Origin: a virus
IMG/VR virus record: IMGVR_UViG_3300045988_079613
Strand: one strand, 5' to 3'
DNA length: 64,000 nt
Under the pieces are notes generated by a model, which did not search any database, was not told the origin of the DNA, and saw only the letters and a list, made by a program, of their open reading frames with translations. The position numbers and the translations under genes are program-made. Positions 49,201 to 63,600 of this stretch are shown piece by piece (position 1 is the first letter of the stretch; every line of letters starts with the position of its first letter).

Positions 49201-52200
49201 ATACCCAGATTATTAACTAAATCTAGAAAGTCATTCTTAATATCTTCAAACAATTTTATATTTTCAGGAGTACGTTTGCCTTTTAATATTAAATTAAGAC
49301 CAGAATCTATTCTATTTATTAATTTAGTTATTTCTGCTAAAGCTTTAGAATTTATAACAGATCTGTTCTTACTATCTGTAGTAATCATAGTAGACAGCAT
49401 AAAATTCTGCGACCATTGGGAAGGAAGTCTAGCTATTTTTCTTAAGTTATCACTGTCTTGTACTTCCCAAGTTCTTTTTCCTAATTCAGGATTAACATTT
49501 GCTGTAGATTTAATATCAATAGTATCCATACTATTCTTAGCACTCTGTATAGTAGTTAACAACTAAGTAATAGTATTTTCAGGAAGTGGATATTCAGGAT
49601 TATCTATATAGTCTCTGAGAGTAGCAAAGAACGGATCTGATTTCGCTAATCTTCTTACTTTTGATAACAAATCGTTCCAGTCATTAGAAGACCATAAATT
49701 CTCTAATATTTTATTCCAAGTAATATCAAATGGTTGTACTACATCCATATCAAAGATAGGATCTTTAATAGTATCTGTAATCTTTCCATCCTCTGTGAGA
49801 ATAAATTTGCTCTTAGGAATAGAATAGAAGAACAACTTAGCATTAAATGCTACATTGGCTTTTTTACTTATTTCATATGAATTTCTATCCCATATATTAT
49901 CATAAGTATCTCCAGGATCTTTAAGCATCTATTCAGCAACTTCTGTCTCTTCTCTTTCAATACTCTTAATACCTAATTCTTGTAAGAAAGCTCTAATTTG
50001 TTTAGCAAATATTTCTTTATTCTTTAATACATCTTCTACTATTTGTTTATTAGTAAGATTTTCATCATATACTCCATAATCATAGTTATACTGTATTATA
50101 TTAAATACGTCATCTAACTTCAAATTACGTATGTCATCCATAGTACGAATATTCAAAGTAGCAAGAGCTGTACTACTCAATGATTCTATAATATTGTACA
50201 TAGTAGATGCATTAGTTATATGCGGTGTAGACTTTTGTTGAACATCTGATATACCAGGAGCATAATAATACATGCCTTCTGGGTGTCTTTTAGCAAATTC
50301 TGATAGTATTTCCTGTCCGATAAACGGTTTACTATTTTTAAATTTACCAGATCTTATAGCTTGGAACAATGTCTGCTATGCATTAAGAGGTCTATTACGG
50401 AAAGATGTAACAAGATTCCACAAAGCTTTGAAGAATTTTTTCATCCTATATATAGGGGAAATATTAGATTCATTTATCATATAGGTTCTGAATTCCTCTG
50501 CTAATACTTCTTCCATCTGATCTTTAGTGTACCCTTTATACTCAGGATGAGCTTTTATATAATCCGAATACACCTAATTTCTTTGTTCTTCACTAAGAAT
50601 TAGTTGACTGACATAGTGAAATGCTTCGTGATATTCTATGCCCTATCCAGCCTATTCAGACAAAACTATCTATGGATTAAATTCTTTGAATATTCTATTA
50701 AAAGATACTTTCATTAGACCATATACTTCTGGAGCATCAGCCATTCTCATAACAGCTCCAGTAACCAGTACATTGTCAATATCTAAACCTAATTTATCTT
50801 TTAACCATTTTCTAGCTTTCTATTCATCAAACTTACCTCTCCTTTTTGTAGTAGAATAAATACCTGAACTCTTCTTCAGTTTAGCTACAATTGGATTATG
50901 ACTTGGCAACATTACAGTAGTACCATCCTCCTTAAGGATATATTCCCATCTTGGTTTAGGAGTAAGCCCCATGGATAATGCTTCATCTTTAGATAGAAGT
51001 TTGTCTTTAGAAGATGGCTTACTAGCTGGAGCTATCGCTTCTTGTTTTACTTCAGTATCTTGTGTACTTTCAGTAGGTACATTATCCTTTCTAGGAGTTT
51101 CTGTAGTAGTAGGTCCAGTTATAGTAGGAGTAACTGGAGTAGGATCTCCTACTTCTTGTGCTCCATCCGCGTATATAAAAGGATCTTTAAATGCCTGTTC
51201 TCCTACACTAGTTTTTATTACTTGATGATTAATCATCCAAGACATTAAAGTAGGTGCTTCTTCGTGAGCTCTAACTACTTCTCCTTTATCGTTCTTGGTA
51301 AGTCCTAGATCCTACATAGTGAATATCAGATCATCACAGTTTAGTACTCTATAATAATCTGTTTTATATTCATTCATATACTGTATAGCATGTTCTACAA
51401 TGCTATCTGGAATAGGATCTTGCATCATTTGTTTGTCAGTATTCCAGTGTATATTATTAGATATATCTCTAATAGTTTGCCAAGCTTCTGCTTCTGAAAA
51501 TACAGGTTGACCCTTAGCATCTTTTACTTTAAGATACTTAGTAGTATAGAATCCTTCAGGAGTTCTACTTCCATACATCAAAAAGGTTTCTCCTTTTTCG
51601 TTCTAGAAAGAATGTAAAGTCTTTCTAACATAGAATGATAACTTTTCTACACGAGAGTCACCCAGAGTAATAGTAGATGGTCCATGATTACATAAGATAT
51701 TCAATATATCTTTGTATACCTATTGATTACTTATTGGCAATGTACCGGTAACTAGTCTAAATACTAATTCAGCACTGGTAAGAGGTATACGTTTGCCATT
51801 ATCATCATATTTAGCTTTACCATTAGGAGTATAAGATGTAACAAGGGTGCTAGATCCTCCTGGTATGAAATGTCTTTTCTCAGATAGCATAATTGGAGCA
51901 CTAACTCTCTAAGATGGAGTATTTGCTACTTTTGGAATTATGTATAATTTACCAGCATATCCTGTTCCCTAAGCACTTGTCTTAGTAGAACCATCAAACT
52001 ATACTATAGTAAATGCATCTGCCGGATCAAGAGGAAAAGGACCTTTACCGTAACCAAATTCTACTTCTCCAGACAATATTTGGTCACTCATTTCATATGG
52101 ATCAGCACTAAGTCCGAATTCAGGTACACTTGTTAATGATCTGTATATAGGATTATTACCTTCCTATTGGCTGTTTATAGAACCATTACTTTGTCGTAAA

Positions 52201-55200
52201 TTTACTGGAACAATACCATTTTGAGGATTAATTGGTAAAGTCACTTCAGCATTACTAAAATAATTAGGAGCGTATTTTCTTATATATTTACCAATTATCT
52301 CTCTTCTAAGTTCTCGTAATTTACGTACTTCCTCATTTTGTTTATCTGTAGGAACACCCCATTTTCTTACCTTAGTTCTAGCTTTATCTGGAGTATACAA
52401 TGCAGCATTATAGATATATTTTTTTCCATCTATATCTTCTTCAATTATCATATGTACAGCAAGTCTATCTGCTGCATCTTTTTCTAACTTTCTAGTTTCT
52501 TTAGAATCTGTGACTATATAGTATACTTTCTATTTAGATAACCAACCTGGTATAGCTAACTTTTTAGACAATTCAGAACCAGGCATTCTAGTTCCATTGA
52601 ATTTGACATCTACAGATTTACCTTTTACTTGGGTCTATATAGGCATTACTTCTGTATTATCATACGCAAAGAAGAATGTAGAATGGATTCTATTAGTCTC
52701 TACTTTTTTCTTACTGTCTAAACCAGGACTTTTATCACTTTGACCCAATAGTTCTGCAGCTCTAGTAGTAGCTGCCAGATCTACAGAGTCTAGTTCTTCC
52801 ATAGCATTTTGTAAGGCTAGTTGACTATCTTCTATATGAGTTCCTAGAGATGGGTCTTCATTACCTACCCATACATCAGTTCCATCAGAATACACCATAT
52901 TTGATGGTTCTTCTATTGTAATAGTTACATCCTATGTATTAGAACCATCAAATGATTCTGCTGTAACAATTACCTTAGTAGGTTCATCAGGCTATTTTGC
53001 AGTGGCTACCTCTATAGGCTAATCTGTTTTCTCTTCTTTATCTTGTTCTTCTACAGTAGGTTGCGGGGATTCATCGGCAACAGTAGATTCAATAACCTAT
53101 TGTGGGGTTTGATCCTATGTATCAGGTTCTATACCATCTTCTACAGCGATAGGTTGCCCATCCTCTACTTGCTCTAGTTTTGCTCTTATTGCATCTTCTT
53201 GTAGTACATCATCTGATACTCTATCTAATTCAGATGCTTCTACAGGAGTATCAGTTTCTACTCTATCCTCTGGAAGTATTCCTGTACTATCTTCCATCAA
53301 TATCTTGTTAGGATCCTATTCTAAAGTATCCTCTAATATTCTATCTATATCCTCCTATGTAGATAACTATACCTCATCTACTGGCGGTTGTTCTTGAGTA
53401 GAAGAGTCTACAGAATCTACAGGGGCTTGAGCAGTTGTTCTGTTCTATTCTGTATGTTCTGTAGTAACATTTACTTCATCTGGAGTATCGCTTTTTTCTC
53501 TATTTACTTGAGGTTTTATTTCAGGTTGGTCTATTATTTTTTCTTGAGTATCGGATTGCTCTTTATCATTAGCTAATTGCTCTGAAGTTTGTTCTCCATC
53601 GTTTTCAGCAGCTCTGTGTCCAGTCTCCTGTTCAATTTCAGTTTTAGCCTATGTTTCTTCTTGAACATCTCTTCTATTATTACTTAAAAATAAAGAATTG
53701 GCTAGAAATCTTTCAGTCTACTCTACATTAGCATCATTCTCCAAAGCACTCCATTGGTCTTGAATAGTTTTATTATAGTAGGCTATTACTTGTTTCCTAG
53801 TCGGCTCTTCATCTGTACTATACTGTTGTTTATATTTCTCAGAGTATTTCTATAGTACATTCTATTTATCTTCATCTGATAAATTGGAATATATAGGTTT
53901 ACTTTCTACTAAATATCTATCCTTTGTAGATAGTCTACCTGTAGTATAAGCATTAAGCTATGCATTTAAACTGCTAAGAATACCAGTATTTAATGCATTT
54001 ATAGCCATTTCTTGTTCTAATTCCTGTTTATTTCCGAAATCTGGAGCCTTAGACATTATATGGTCGATCCACTTATCTTTCTATCTTAAACTATTTTGTT
54101 CTCCTTGTAGATCTTTTAGTGAATCGTTTATGTACTTTAACATACCCTCTACACCAGTAATAGATACCTATATTCCATATTCGTCCTTTAACTATTCCAA
54201 AGTCTTCTTTCTAGATGTAAGATCTCTTTTCAGATTAGTAAGAGTGTTTGTCAAGGTTCTAGAACTAACAGCGTTTACTATTGATGATTTAAATTGCTGC
54301 TTTGTTATTGGTTCTGCATTCTATTTTCTTTGTGCGTTAGCATAAGCTTCATATTCTGAATTTATAAATGAATTAAAATCATTTACATCTTCATTATTTA
54401 TTATAGAGTTATTAATGTCACTTATACGTTTATCACTTTCGTTTTTAGCACTTGAAGCATCCTTCTATTTATCATAAAGGCTTACAGTAGTCTATACAAA
54501 TCTCTCAAAAAATTTATCTTTTTTACGATCTACACCTATATCTTTTAGATTCTGATCAATAAGCTTATTTCTATAAATAGCAGATACATCTTTTGCAAGA
54601 CGTATATCATCATCAATCATATCATCTGTAACACCTTCTGTTTTATACTTTTTGAAATCTTCTAAACTAGTAGTGAGGCTGTTGATATCTCTACCTTTTC
54701 TAGAGTAATCCAGAAATTGAGCTATTTTAAAGTTATTTTCAGCATTTTCAAACCCCTTAGCAGCTAATGCTTTTACTACATTGTCTCCTTGTAATTGATG
54801 TCTGATATCGTTGATATTTGTTAGATTTGCTCCACTTCCCATAAGAGCTCCGATAAATCCTCCAATACCCATTTCTATCTTTAATTGTTCATCGGTGTTA
54901 TATTTATCGTCCCAGTGCATACCTCTATATGCTAAATTAGCTTCTAAAGCTAATCTACCAGCTGTGGCGGCACCTCTAAATATATTATATGTATCTGGTA
55001 CCTATGCATTATCAGGAAGATCCTAATACCATCTTCCTATCATTCCTTGCTATCCTTCTTCAGTACTTTCAAACAACCATCTCTTACCTAAAGCTAATGC
55101 CATGTCTGTTCCAGCATCTCTAACATGTTTAGCCTTCATTCTAGTCACAGGACTTTTCATAAGTTTAACTGCGGCTTTATCTATCTTTGAATTAAGTTTA

Positions 55201-56738
55201 GATAAAAGAGCAGCAGTTGTCTTGTTTTTGGTAGCTAAATCTACAGCCTTGTTCATTATAGCTTTGAAACCTATAGATTTATTCAACAGCTTACCACCAT
55301 AACTTAAACCTAAGTTTTCAGCATAATCACCTAGAGCTAAAGCGTTATTAGTTTCTTCTATCTGTGTTAAACCTTTGCGAGCATCCTTGGCAAAAGTATT
55401 GTAGTTATTATCTTTAGTAGGTATATTATATGCCAAACCAAACTACAATGTTTCCATTTCATCCATTTTATCAGCATCGTAACCCATGGCTTTCAAACCA
55501 GCAGCATAGTCATTCAATACTGTAGATAAATCAAATTTACCATCTGCAGCAGCATTAGCTAATTTTTCAACATAATTAGACATTACTTCTCCTGCAGTTT
55601 CTTTATGTCTAAAATATCGTGTAAATAAAGAGTTGACAACAGCTTCCCCAGCAGCCCAAGCCAAAGGACCACCACCTAATTTGGTACCATATTTCACACC
55701 AAGTGCGGTAAGCATTTGCCATCCCATTCCCTATAATTCTGATGCACTACTACCTATATGCAACATACCATACTTCCAAGTAGTTGGATCTAAAGCAGAT
55801 ATCTAAACTTCTCCACGTTTCTTATCAAGAATAGGATCAATTACTTCAGGATTGTAAAATATTGGCATCGGAACAATTCCAAATAGAGGATCATGTAACC
55901 AATGCGCTGTCTTTAAACTCTATTGTTTCTATTTTAATTCATCATCTTTACTATCATATTCTAACTTAGCATCAGATAATTGCTTTTGTAAATTAGCAGC
56001 TTTTATATCTAACTAGCTAACTGTAGTTGGAAATGTATTAGTAAAATCGGGGTTATTCTATTTCCAAGATAAATCAGCATAGTAAGGAGATAATCTTCCT
56101 TCCGCTAGTTGATTCCTTACTGTAGAAGCTTCTATTGTTCTACTTGGTAACAAAGGGTTTACAGACTCTGTTACAGCTCCATAAAATACATTACTTAGAT
56201 AAGGATTGGTCTTAGCTTTCTATTTTATATCTTCTTGTAATTTCAACAACTCTTCAAGTTTCTGTTGTGAGGCTTGAATGAGATCTGTATTCTATGGGTT
56301 AGCTTTTAATTGATTTTGGAGTTGGATATATTCTTTCTAACCCTATATATAATTCTGCGCTTCTTCAATCTCTGGTAACCATTTACCTTCAGTATCCATT
56401 AGTTCTTTCTGTCTAGAAGTAATGTTCAAAGATAAAGCGTCTCTAGTATTTATATTAACTGCCTATTCAGCAAATGTAGTAGTTTTTCCAGATTCTGTAG
56501 TAGGCTCAAATAGTTTCTTACCACCAATAACTACAGAAGAAGCTATAGGATTTAGCAAAAATGCAGATACTTTGTTTATAATACCTAGACTAGTTTCTTG
56601 TTTATCTTCAGAAATGTTAGATTCCTGTTCCTATATAGGAGTGGCATATTCATCATCTATACGTCCGTAATAACCTGTACCGAACTAACTATCATTAGTT
56701 CTATTTATTACTGATAAAAAATCGTCAGAAAATTTCAT
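43275..56738 (-). CDS. giant multidomain virion protein (4487 codons) including virion RNA polymerase-like DxDxD and a zincin HExxH domain, TAG-recoded
   Basis: ATG at 56736-56738 and TGA at 43275-43277. Every gap between track ORFs, checked triplet by triplet, contains only TAG. DFDID lies at 46050-46064 and HEAFH at 50616-50630. Confidence 0.75.
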
Positions 56739-56749
56739 AAGTTATTATA

Positions 56750-58423
56750 TTAAAGGTTTTCTTCCTAAGATAACATATCTTGTATATCTTGTGTTTTTGT
56801 TTGTATTCCAAGATTCTTGTCCATCCAAGCTGCATCAGAAGTTATGGCAGCTTCTCCACTTCTAGGTAATTGCTGTAGTACAGTAATTCTGATAGTTTTT
56901 ACAGGAGTACTTGAAGATGTGGTAGTACTCTCCAAATTTCCTCTATTGTCATATCTTTCTGTAGTTTTAGGACCTGCATCCACAGTTACTGGAGTACCCA
57001 AAGCTGATAATGATTTTCTATCTATTCTGGCTTTTAGTAATTGATCTTCTGGAATGTATGCATGTTTTACTATATATATATCATTACCATCAGATATCAT
57101 TCTCTGGTCAGAAGATATTTTAAAGTTAGAGAAATTATTTCCATCATTCCACAGACTAATAAACTTCTATAATCCTTTGTCAGCATCTTTTCCAATTGTA
57201 TTATATACTAATTCTTTGGCTAACTTGAAATTTGAACTATTATTTGCTGTGTAGAAACCATCTTTATCCTATTTTCCTGTAGTACCATAGGCTGCATACT
57301 TATCAGAAGCTTCATAGCTTATAGGAGTAGACATAAGATCAATTACAGCATTTTCTGCAGTACTTCTCCTTCTTGTATCTTTCAGTACCTGATCGTAGTA
57401 ATTTTTCATTTTACTTTCTACATAACCTGGATTCTTAAGATTAAGAACCTCCTGTTGCTTTTCAGGAGAAAGGGCTTTAAAACCTTGTTCTGCAAATGCA
57501 TCCACTTCCTATGGAGTAAGGTTGGTAAACCTAAGTAAGTGATTCCTGGTAGCATCTGATTCTAGTACTCTGGTAAGATTGAGTAAATTATTGGCAGTAT
57601 TAGCAGCAGACGCATATTTGCGTTGTAACCTCATATTTTCTATAGCTACAGGATCTCTGTCTGCTTTATTCCATGTATACTCTCTACCTGCAGTATATAT
57701 CTCATTAAGTAATTGTTGTTGAGCCTGTTCAGGATTAAGCCCCATTTTCTAATATGTTTCTAGATATTTCTGGTACTGAGGAGTATTCTGTATACTTGAC
57801 AAATTTTTCTATAGTTGAGCATCTGTCATTTCATTAGTAACACCATTCCATAGAAATCCATTCTTAGAACCAAGAAATTCGCCTTTAAGGTTATTAACAT
57901 AAGGCTCTACTAATTCCCTTACAGACATATAAGGAAGAGGAGTTATATCATCAAATATTTTCTTACTACCTAACGTATCATAATTAGCAAAGTCTACGTC
58001 ATGCCATAGGGGGTTAAACCTATTCTCTAACATTAATCTTTGATTAATTTCTTGACGTTTTAGCATAGCATCTCTACTAGATTTTAGATTACTTAACGCT
58101 GCGTAATCTACACTGTTTATCATAGACTGTAATTGTGATCTAAATGCGGCATCTTTCAATGCATCAGGATTAGATACCATCTGATTAATAGCATTCTAGA
58201 AATCATTTCTACCTACAGTAAGATCATAATATCTCTGGGTATCTATTAGAGAAGGAGACTAAAATTCATTAAATCTCTACAGTTGAGCTCCAAACTATTG
58301 AGCTGCTTCATCTATAGCAGCTTTCTAGGCTGCCCCAATTCTATATAACTCTCCAAAATTAATCGGAGCATAAGTATTTATAAACTGAGCCTACGCGGCT
58401 TGATCGTACATATTTGCTGCCAT
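56750..58423 (-). CDS. virion or cargo protein (557 codons), TAG-recoded
   Basis: ATG at 58421-58423 and TAA at 56750-56752. Only TAG interrupts the frame. Confidence 0.7.
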
Positions 58424-58424
58424 A

Positions 58425-60677
58425 TTATCCTCTTCTAAATTGTTTCATTAAATTAATATAATCTCCAGATTTATAAGCGGCCTCTAAGAATGGAGCATAC
58501 GCTTCTAGCATAGCAATATCTCTATTTCTTTGATTTCTCATAAGTTCCTTATTCTAGAAGTAATTGCTTAATTGTGATAATCCTGCTCTATTAATGTTTC
58601 TAGAAGAAGCTCTACTTCTAGCATTTTGATCTATGGATAAATTTCTAGAACCAACGAATTGTTGTCCAAGATTATTTAAAGTATTTGCATAATCACTCTT
58701 ATATTGATTATCTATGTTATTTTTCTGTGAATATAAATCTGATATAGCCTTGTCAGCAGCTATTTGACTCTATAGTCTATATGCTAAATTAGCTCCTGTG
58801 GTAGGATTGTATTGGGAGGCATTATAATTTGATATAGCTCTATTTTCTCGTATAGCTCTCTTAGCTGGTGCAATATCAAATTTTCTACCAGACATTGTTC
58901 TTATAATATTATCAGCATACGGATTGTATACAGCTTCAAAATTTTCTGGACTTGCCATTAGATTTGAAAATATCGGAGCTATTTGTGATATGTTAGAAGT
59001 GATATCTCCTAAAATTTTTCTCCAATCATCTTTATCTTTAGGAGTATTTTCGTTATTGCTATCTTTTTTATTCTGATTATTTACTGCTGTAGAAACCAGT
59101 GTCTCATAAGGTATTACTTCATCTCCTACTCTTGATATAGCTTCTCCACTAAGATCTATTTCATTGTTAATGGGTTCTACTATAGATTTTCTATTAGGTT
59201 TACTTATTGTAGTACCGGTAGATCTTCTGGTTTTAGTTGGAGTTACAGATATGTTAGGTATATTTACAGAGTTATCGGTCGTTGTACTATTAATGGGAGT
59301 TGTATAATCAGAACCTGATAACAACCAATAAGGTACTCCACCTCTCCATTCTCCACTATTTACCAAGTTATCTGATGCCAATGTTTTAGCAGCAAGAGAA
59401 GAAGCATTTGTAAAGTAATTAGGAACGGATCTTCTAGGTACAGCTATTTGTTCATCAGGCACTCTAGCATAAGCTTCATTATTTAGATCAATATTATTTT
59501 CTATTAACTAAGGAGCTTTTCTAACATACTTACTTGGTTTATATTCGTTTATTGGAAACACTGTATCTAATTTAGCTTGAGGCTGTATATCATACAAATT
59601 ACCAATTGATTCCCCATTGTATGGGGTATAGGTTCCTGTCTTACTATCTTTTATCCATTTTCTTCCAGCCCTAGTAATAATATCACCGTCTGCTGCTGCC
59701 TATATGCCGTTCTTAACCTTAGATCTTTTATTCTTAGTTATTTCTTGAATAGCAAACAACTCATCGTGAATAGCCTAATCATTCATTTCATTAAGCATTG
59801 CAGAATTCTCTGCATATTTATCTTTACCTTTTGTCTTCTGTTTAGACATCAATCTTTTACCCATTTGTGCAAATGTTTCTTTACTTCCTGGTACTTTTAA
59901 CGTATCACTCAATACTCTACTACCTTCCGGTAAATTTACTAAATTACTATCTGTTGGTTTTCCTTCCTCTGGAACTTCTAGTATCTGTCCTTGAGGTGTG
60001 TTAATTAGTTCTCCATCGTCTACATATGCCATGCTAGAAGGAATCTAACCTCCAAACTCCATAGTATACACATTTTGATCATAATCTTCATCCCATTCCT
60101 ATTGAGCTTGCGCTCCAATACTAGCTCCAATTCTATGTTGCCCTGCTAAAGTTTTAGCAGCTTCGTACCTACGTTTTAAACCCTTATTACTAATGGCTCC
60201 TCGTATACCTGTACCCAGAGTAAGAGTAGGGTCTTCATAGAATCCGCCACCTGATATTTTACCTTTCTTACCTACCAATCCTGTAGCCAATCCTGCAGCT
60301 CCACCTACAATAGCTCCAACTGGACCAGCAACTGATCCCATCTGAGCACCCGTAGCAGCACCTCCTATTACATTTTGTATTGATTGTTGTACTGCTTCTC
60401 CTTTAGTAGTAGCTGTAGAAGGACCGGCTAACATACTGGCTATATTAGTCATACCTCCTATTATATCTGAACCTTTGCCTAATATATCTGTAATATTTAT
60501 ATTATTAGTAGAAGTAGATGTATTTCCAGTAGATCCAAGAGATGCTCTTTGGGCAGCATTAGGACCGTACTTAGAAAAATTAGGTACTCCTAATAACTGT
60601 TCTGTCATCTAACGTTGCCAATCTACTCCTCCGTATTGGTATTTCTTAATACCCTTAATTTTTCCTTTACTTTTCAT
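58425..60677 (-). CDS. Gly-rich virion or ejection-type protein (750 codons), TAG-recoded
   Basis: ATG at 60675-60677 and TAA at 58425-58427. Long Gly/Ala-rich hydrophobic stretch (GGAATGAQMGSVAGPVGAIVGGAAGLATGLVG). Confidence 0.65.
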
Positions 60678-60679
60678 GA

Positions 60680-63600
60680 TTATACTAATGAGTATCTATA
60701 TGTTGTATTAATATTTGGAAGATTGAAATTATGTTGATTATCACAATTAATAGTATAATCACATATCAAATATTTGCCTCTTAACCTACCAGGCAATGAT
60801 AATTCATCTTCATGAGTGCCTTCTCGACCTATAGCAAACCTATAAGTATCTTCTCTATAATCTATAGCATATCCTCCAGTTAGATAGTTTTCCTATATAG
60901 TACCAACCTAATTCTTAGTAGTAAACTTTGCATCTATTAACATGCTATTTATATCTCTGAACTAGCCACTGAAAAAAACATTATCAAATGTTTTAGTTAC
61001 TAATGGATCTTTATTAACCACATACTGTAACTTAGACTACATAGTATTTAACGGAAAATCTGCATTTTCCATTATCTTATTATTGTATATATACAATAAC
61101 TTATCAGAAAATCTGAGATGAGCTTTAGGATTAAACGTATAAAATGAAGTAAACCTCTAAGTATATTCATTAAATACTAATACTGCATTATCGAAGCACA
61201 TCTGTACTTCATTAAATTTGTTATCATATATGCTGGTACGTACTTGAATATCTGGATTATTATTCAAGTAAGTCTATACATTTTTTTCTTTAGATAACTT
61301 ATGTATTCTATCAGAAAAAGAACATATCTCATTCTTGTCCGTATCGTACCAATATAGAGAAGCATCTGATGCTACTATACTCTAATCATTAGATATAGAA
61401 GATCCATTATTAGTAGATACATAATCGTACCTAGTAAGGATTCCTCCAGTACCTAAAGTAAGAGTACTAACATTATTGTCTGTAATCAAAGATCTATCAT
61501 TTACAGATGCTATTCCTAATGCAGAATCTTGCCAGAAGAATAACTTATCTCCGAAAGCTTTCATATTAGTAACCGGTCCGTATTGACTATCTACTTCCAT
61601 ATAATTGGCAGGTTTAAACTAAGCCCAACTATCTGTAATCTCATTAGCAGTTTTAGTCTCAGAATAAATTATTTTGTTCGGCAATCTTAAGTTAGCCATA
61701 GAAGTAGTAGAATCTGCCACATACATCTGTGTACTAGGCTATAACGAGTAGACATCATTATATGCATAATATGGTTTAGTCTAATTAGAAAAACCTAAAC
61801 TATGTATATAATTAGTTAAATACGGATTGGGACAATTTCCTCTTTGTCTACTCATACTTTCACCATAAGCAAGGTTTAGATTAATGGTAGTTTCTAACGG
61901 AATGTAATCACTTAAACTTACTTTAGTTTGTCTACTATCATACTTTCCTCCTCCTTGTCCATCTGCAATAGGTGATCCAGTTCTATGGTCTAATACTCCA
62001 AGATAAGTATCTCCTCCAAATACATAGTTAACATTACTATCTGCTTCAGATATTAACTTATATGATGACGTGGATATATACGTAGAATTGCTTCTAGCAT
62101 TATAATTATTACCTCCATAAGGAACAACTCTCCTTTTTATATTTACTACAGGAGTTGAGAAAGGAGTATGATTATAGAAATTTATCAAATTCTTAACCCC
62201 TTCCCCCACAGCTATCTTATCGTCTACAGCAATAGAATGTTGTCTAGGAAAATAACCATTTAGTTCTACTACAGCACAACTTCCGAAGTAACACATTTTT
62301 GCACTAAGCCAGTCAAACTATTCCTAGTTATTCCACATAACTCCAAAATTTAAATAGGAACGTGATCCTATGCCTCTATAGTAAGCTTGAATATTACCTA
62401 ATTCTCCATTAGGTATAATAGGAGTAGTTATTGCTCTATTTATGTCAAATTGTATTCTATTTCCACCCTATAAATTCTGATAGTGAGTGATATACCTTTT
62501 CCCTATCATATTAACTACCATCTCGTCATCATCAGAACTATCCATATTAACCGCATTATAGAAGAATCCATCTTGTTTGAATATTGATCCTAAGAAACTT
62601 GGTTGAACGTAGGCAGTCTATGTGTTCATAGCATATGTCTGATACGGAGTCTGAAAATACTTAACAAATCCCTCTAACTTTATATTTTGGTTGTTTAATA
62701 CAGGTATAATTCTAGTAGTGTTAGGCATTCTAGTGTCACACCAATGACACAAGTCTAGATAAGTATTGTCACCTAATTCAGATATAACTTCATCGCCTGT
62801 AAAATCTATTTCTGGAGTTATTAAACTGAATATATTTTTAACTATACGATCCTAATTTAAATAAAGTTCTCCGTCTCTATAAGTAGTAGGTGCGTTATAG
62901 AAACTAACACCTCCACATATAGACATGTTAGTATCTGTAACTCCAAGAGGTATTCTAGGTCTTGTATCCATTTCACTTTTTAGCCATGTACCTGTAGTAG
63001 CATTAGGCCAAGGAAATGCAGTAGTATCTGACAGTATACCCTACATTAATACAGTTCTATCTTCTGCTGTTCTTTTGCATCTTACTATTTCGTATGCCAC
63101 AGCTCCGTCCGGAAAATTCTTTATATTAAACTTAACCCCTATAGCTTTACCTATAAATTCCTATGTAATAGAATTAGTAAGATCTCCATTTACAAACGAC
63201 ATGTAAAAATACCAAGGAGATACTTCAAATGAATGCGGGAATTTGATATCTGCTATCCAGTAAACAGGACTAGCAACATTCTTATTATTAAAAAATATTA
63301 TACCAAATCTGTATATTTCGTCTCTCTAATACCCTTTATATTTTGAATCTATATAAGGGTCGCAATAATTAGGTATTCTTTGTTTTACTTCAGGGTATTT
63401 TACTACAATGTTACTACCATCACTAATCTGATGTATTATTTTTCCTTCGTCCTATTTCCTAGGTACACTCATGAAATTATAATCTAGAGTGGTATCTAAC
63501 ATTATGTCTGTAGTTATAAACTCATAATCTATATTTAAACCAGTACCACCTAATACCGGTAACTGTTCTGAAGAAGACTTAAATTTATATTTTGAAACAG

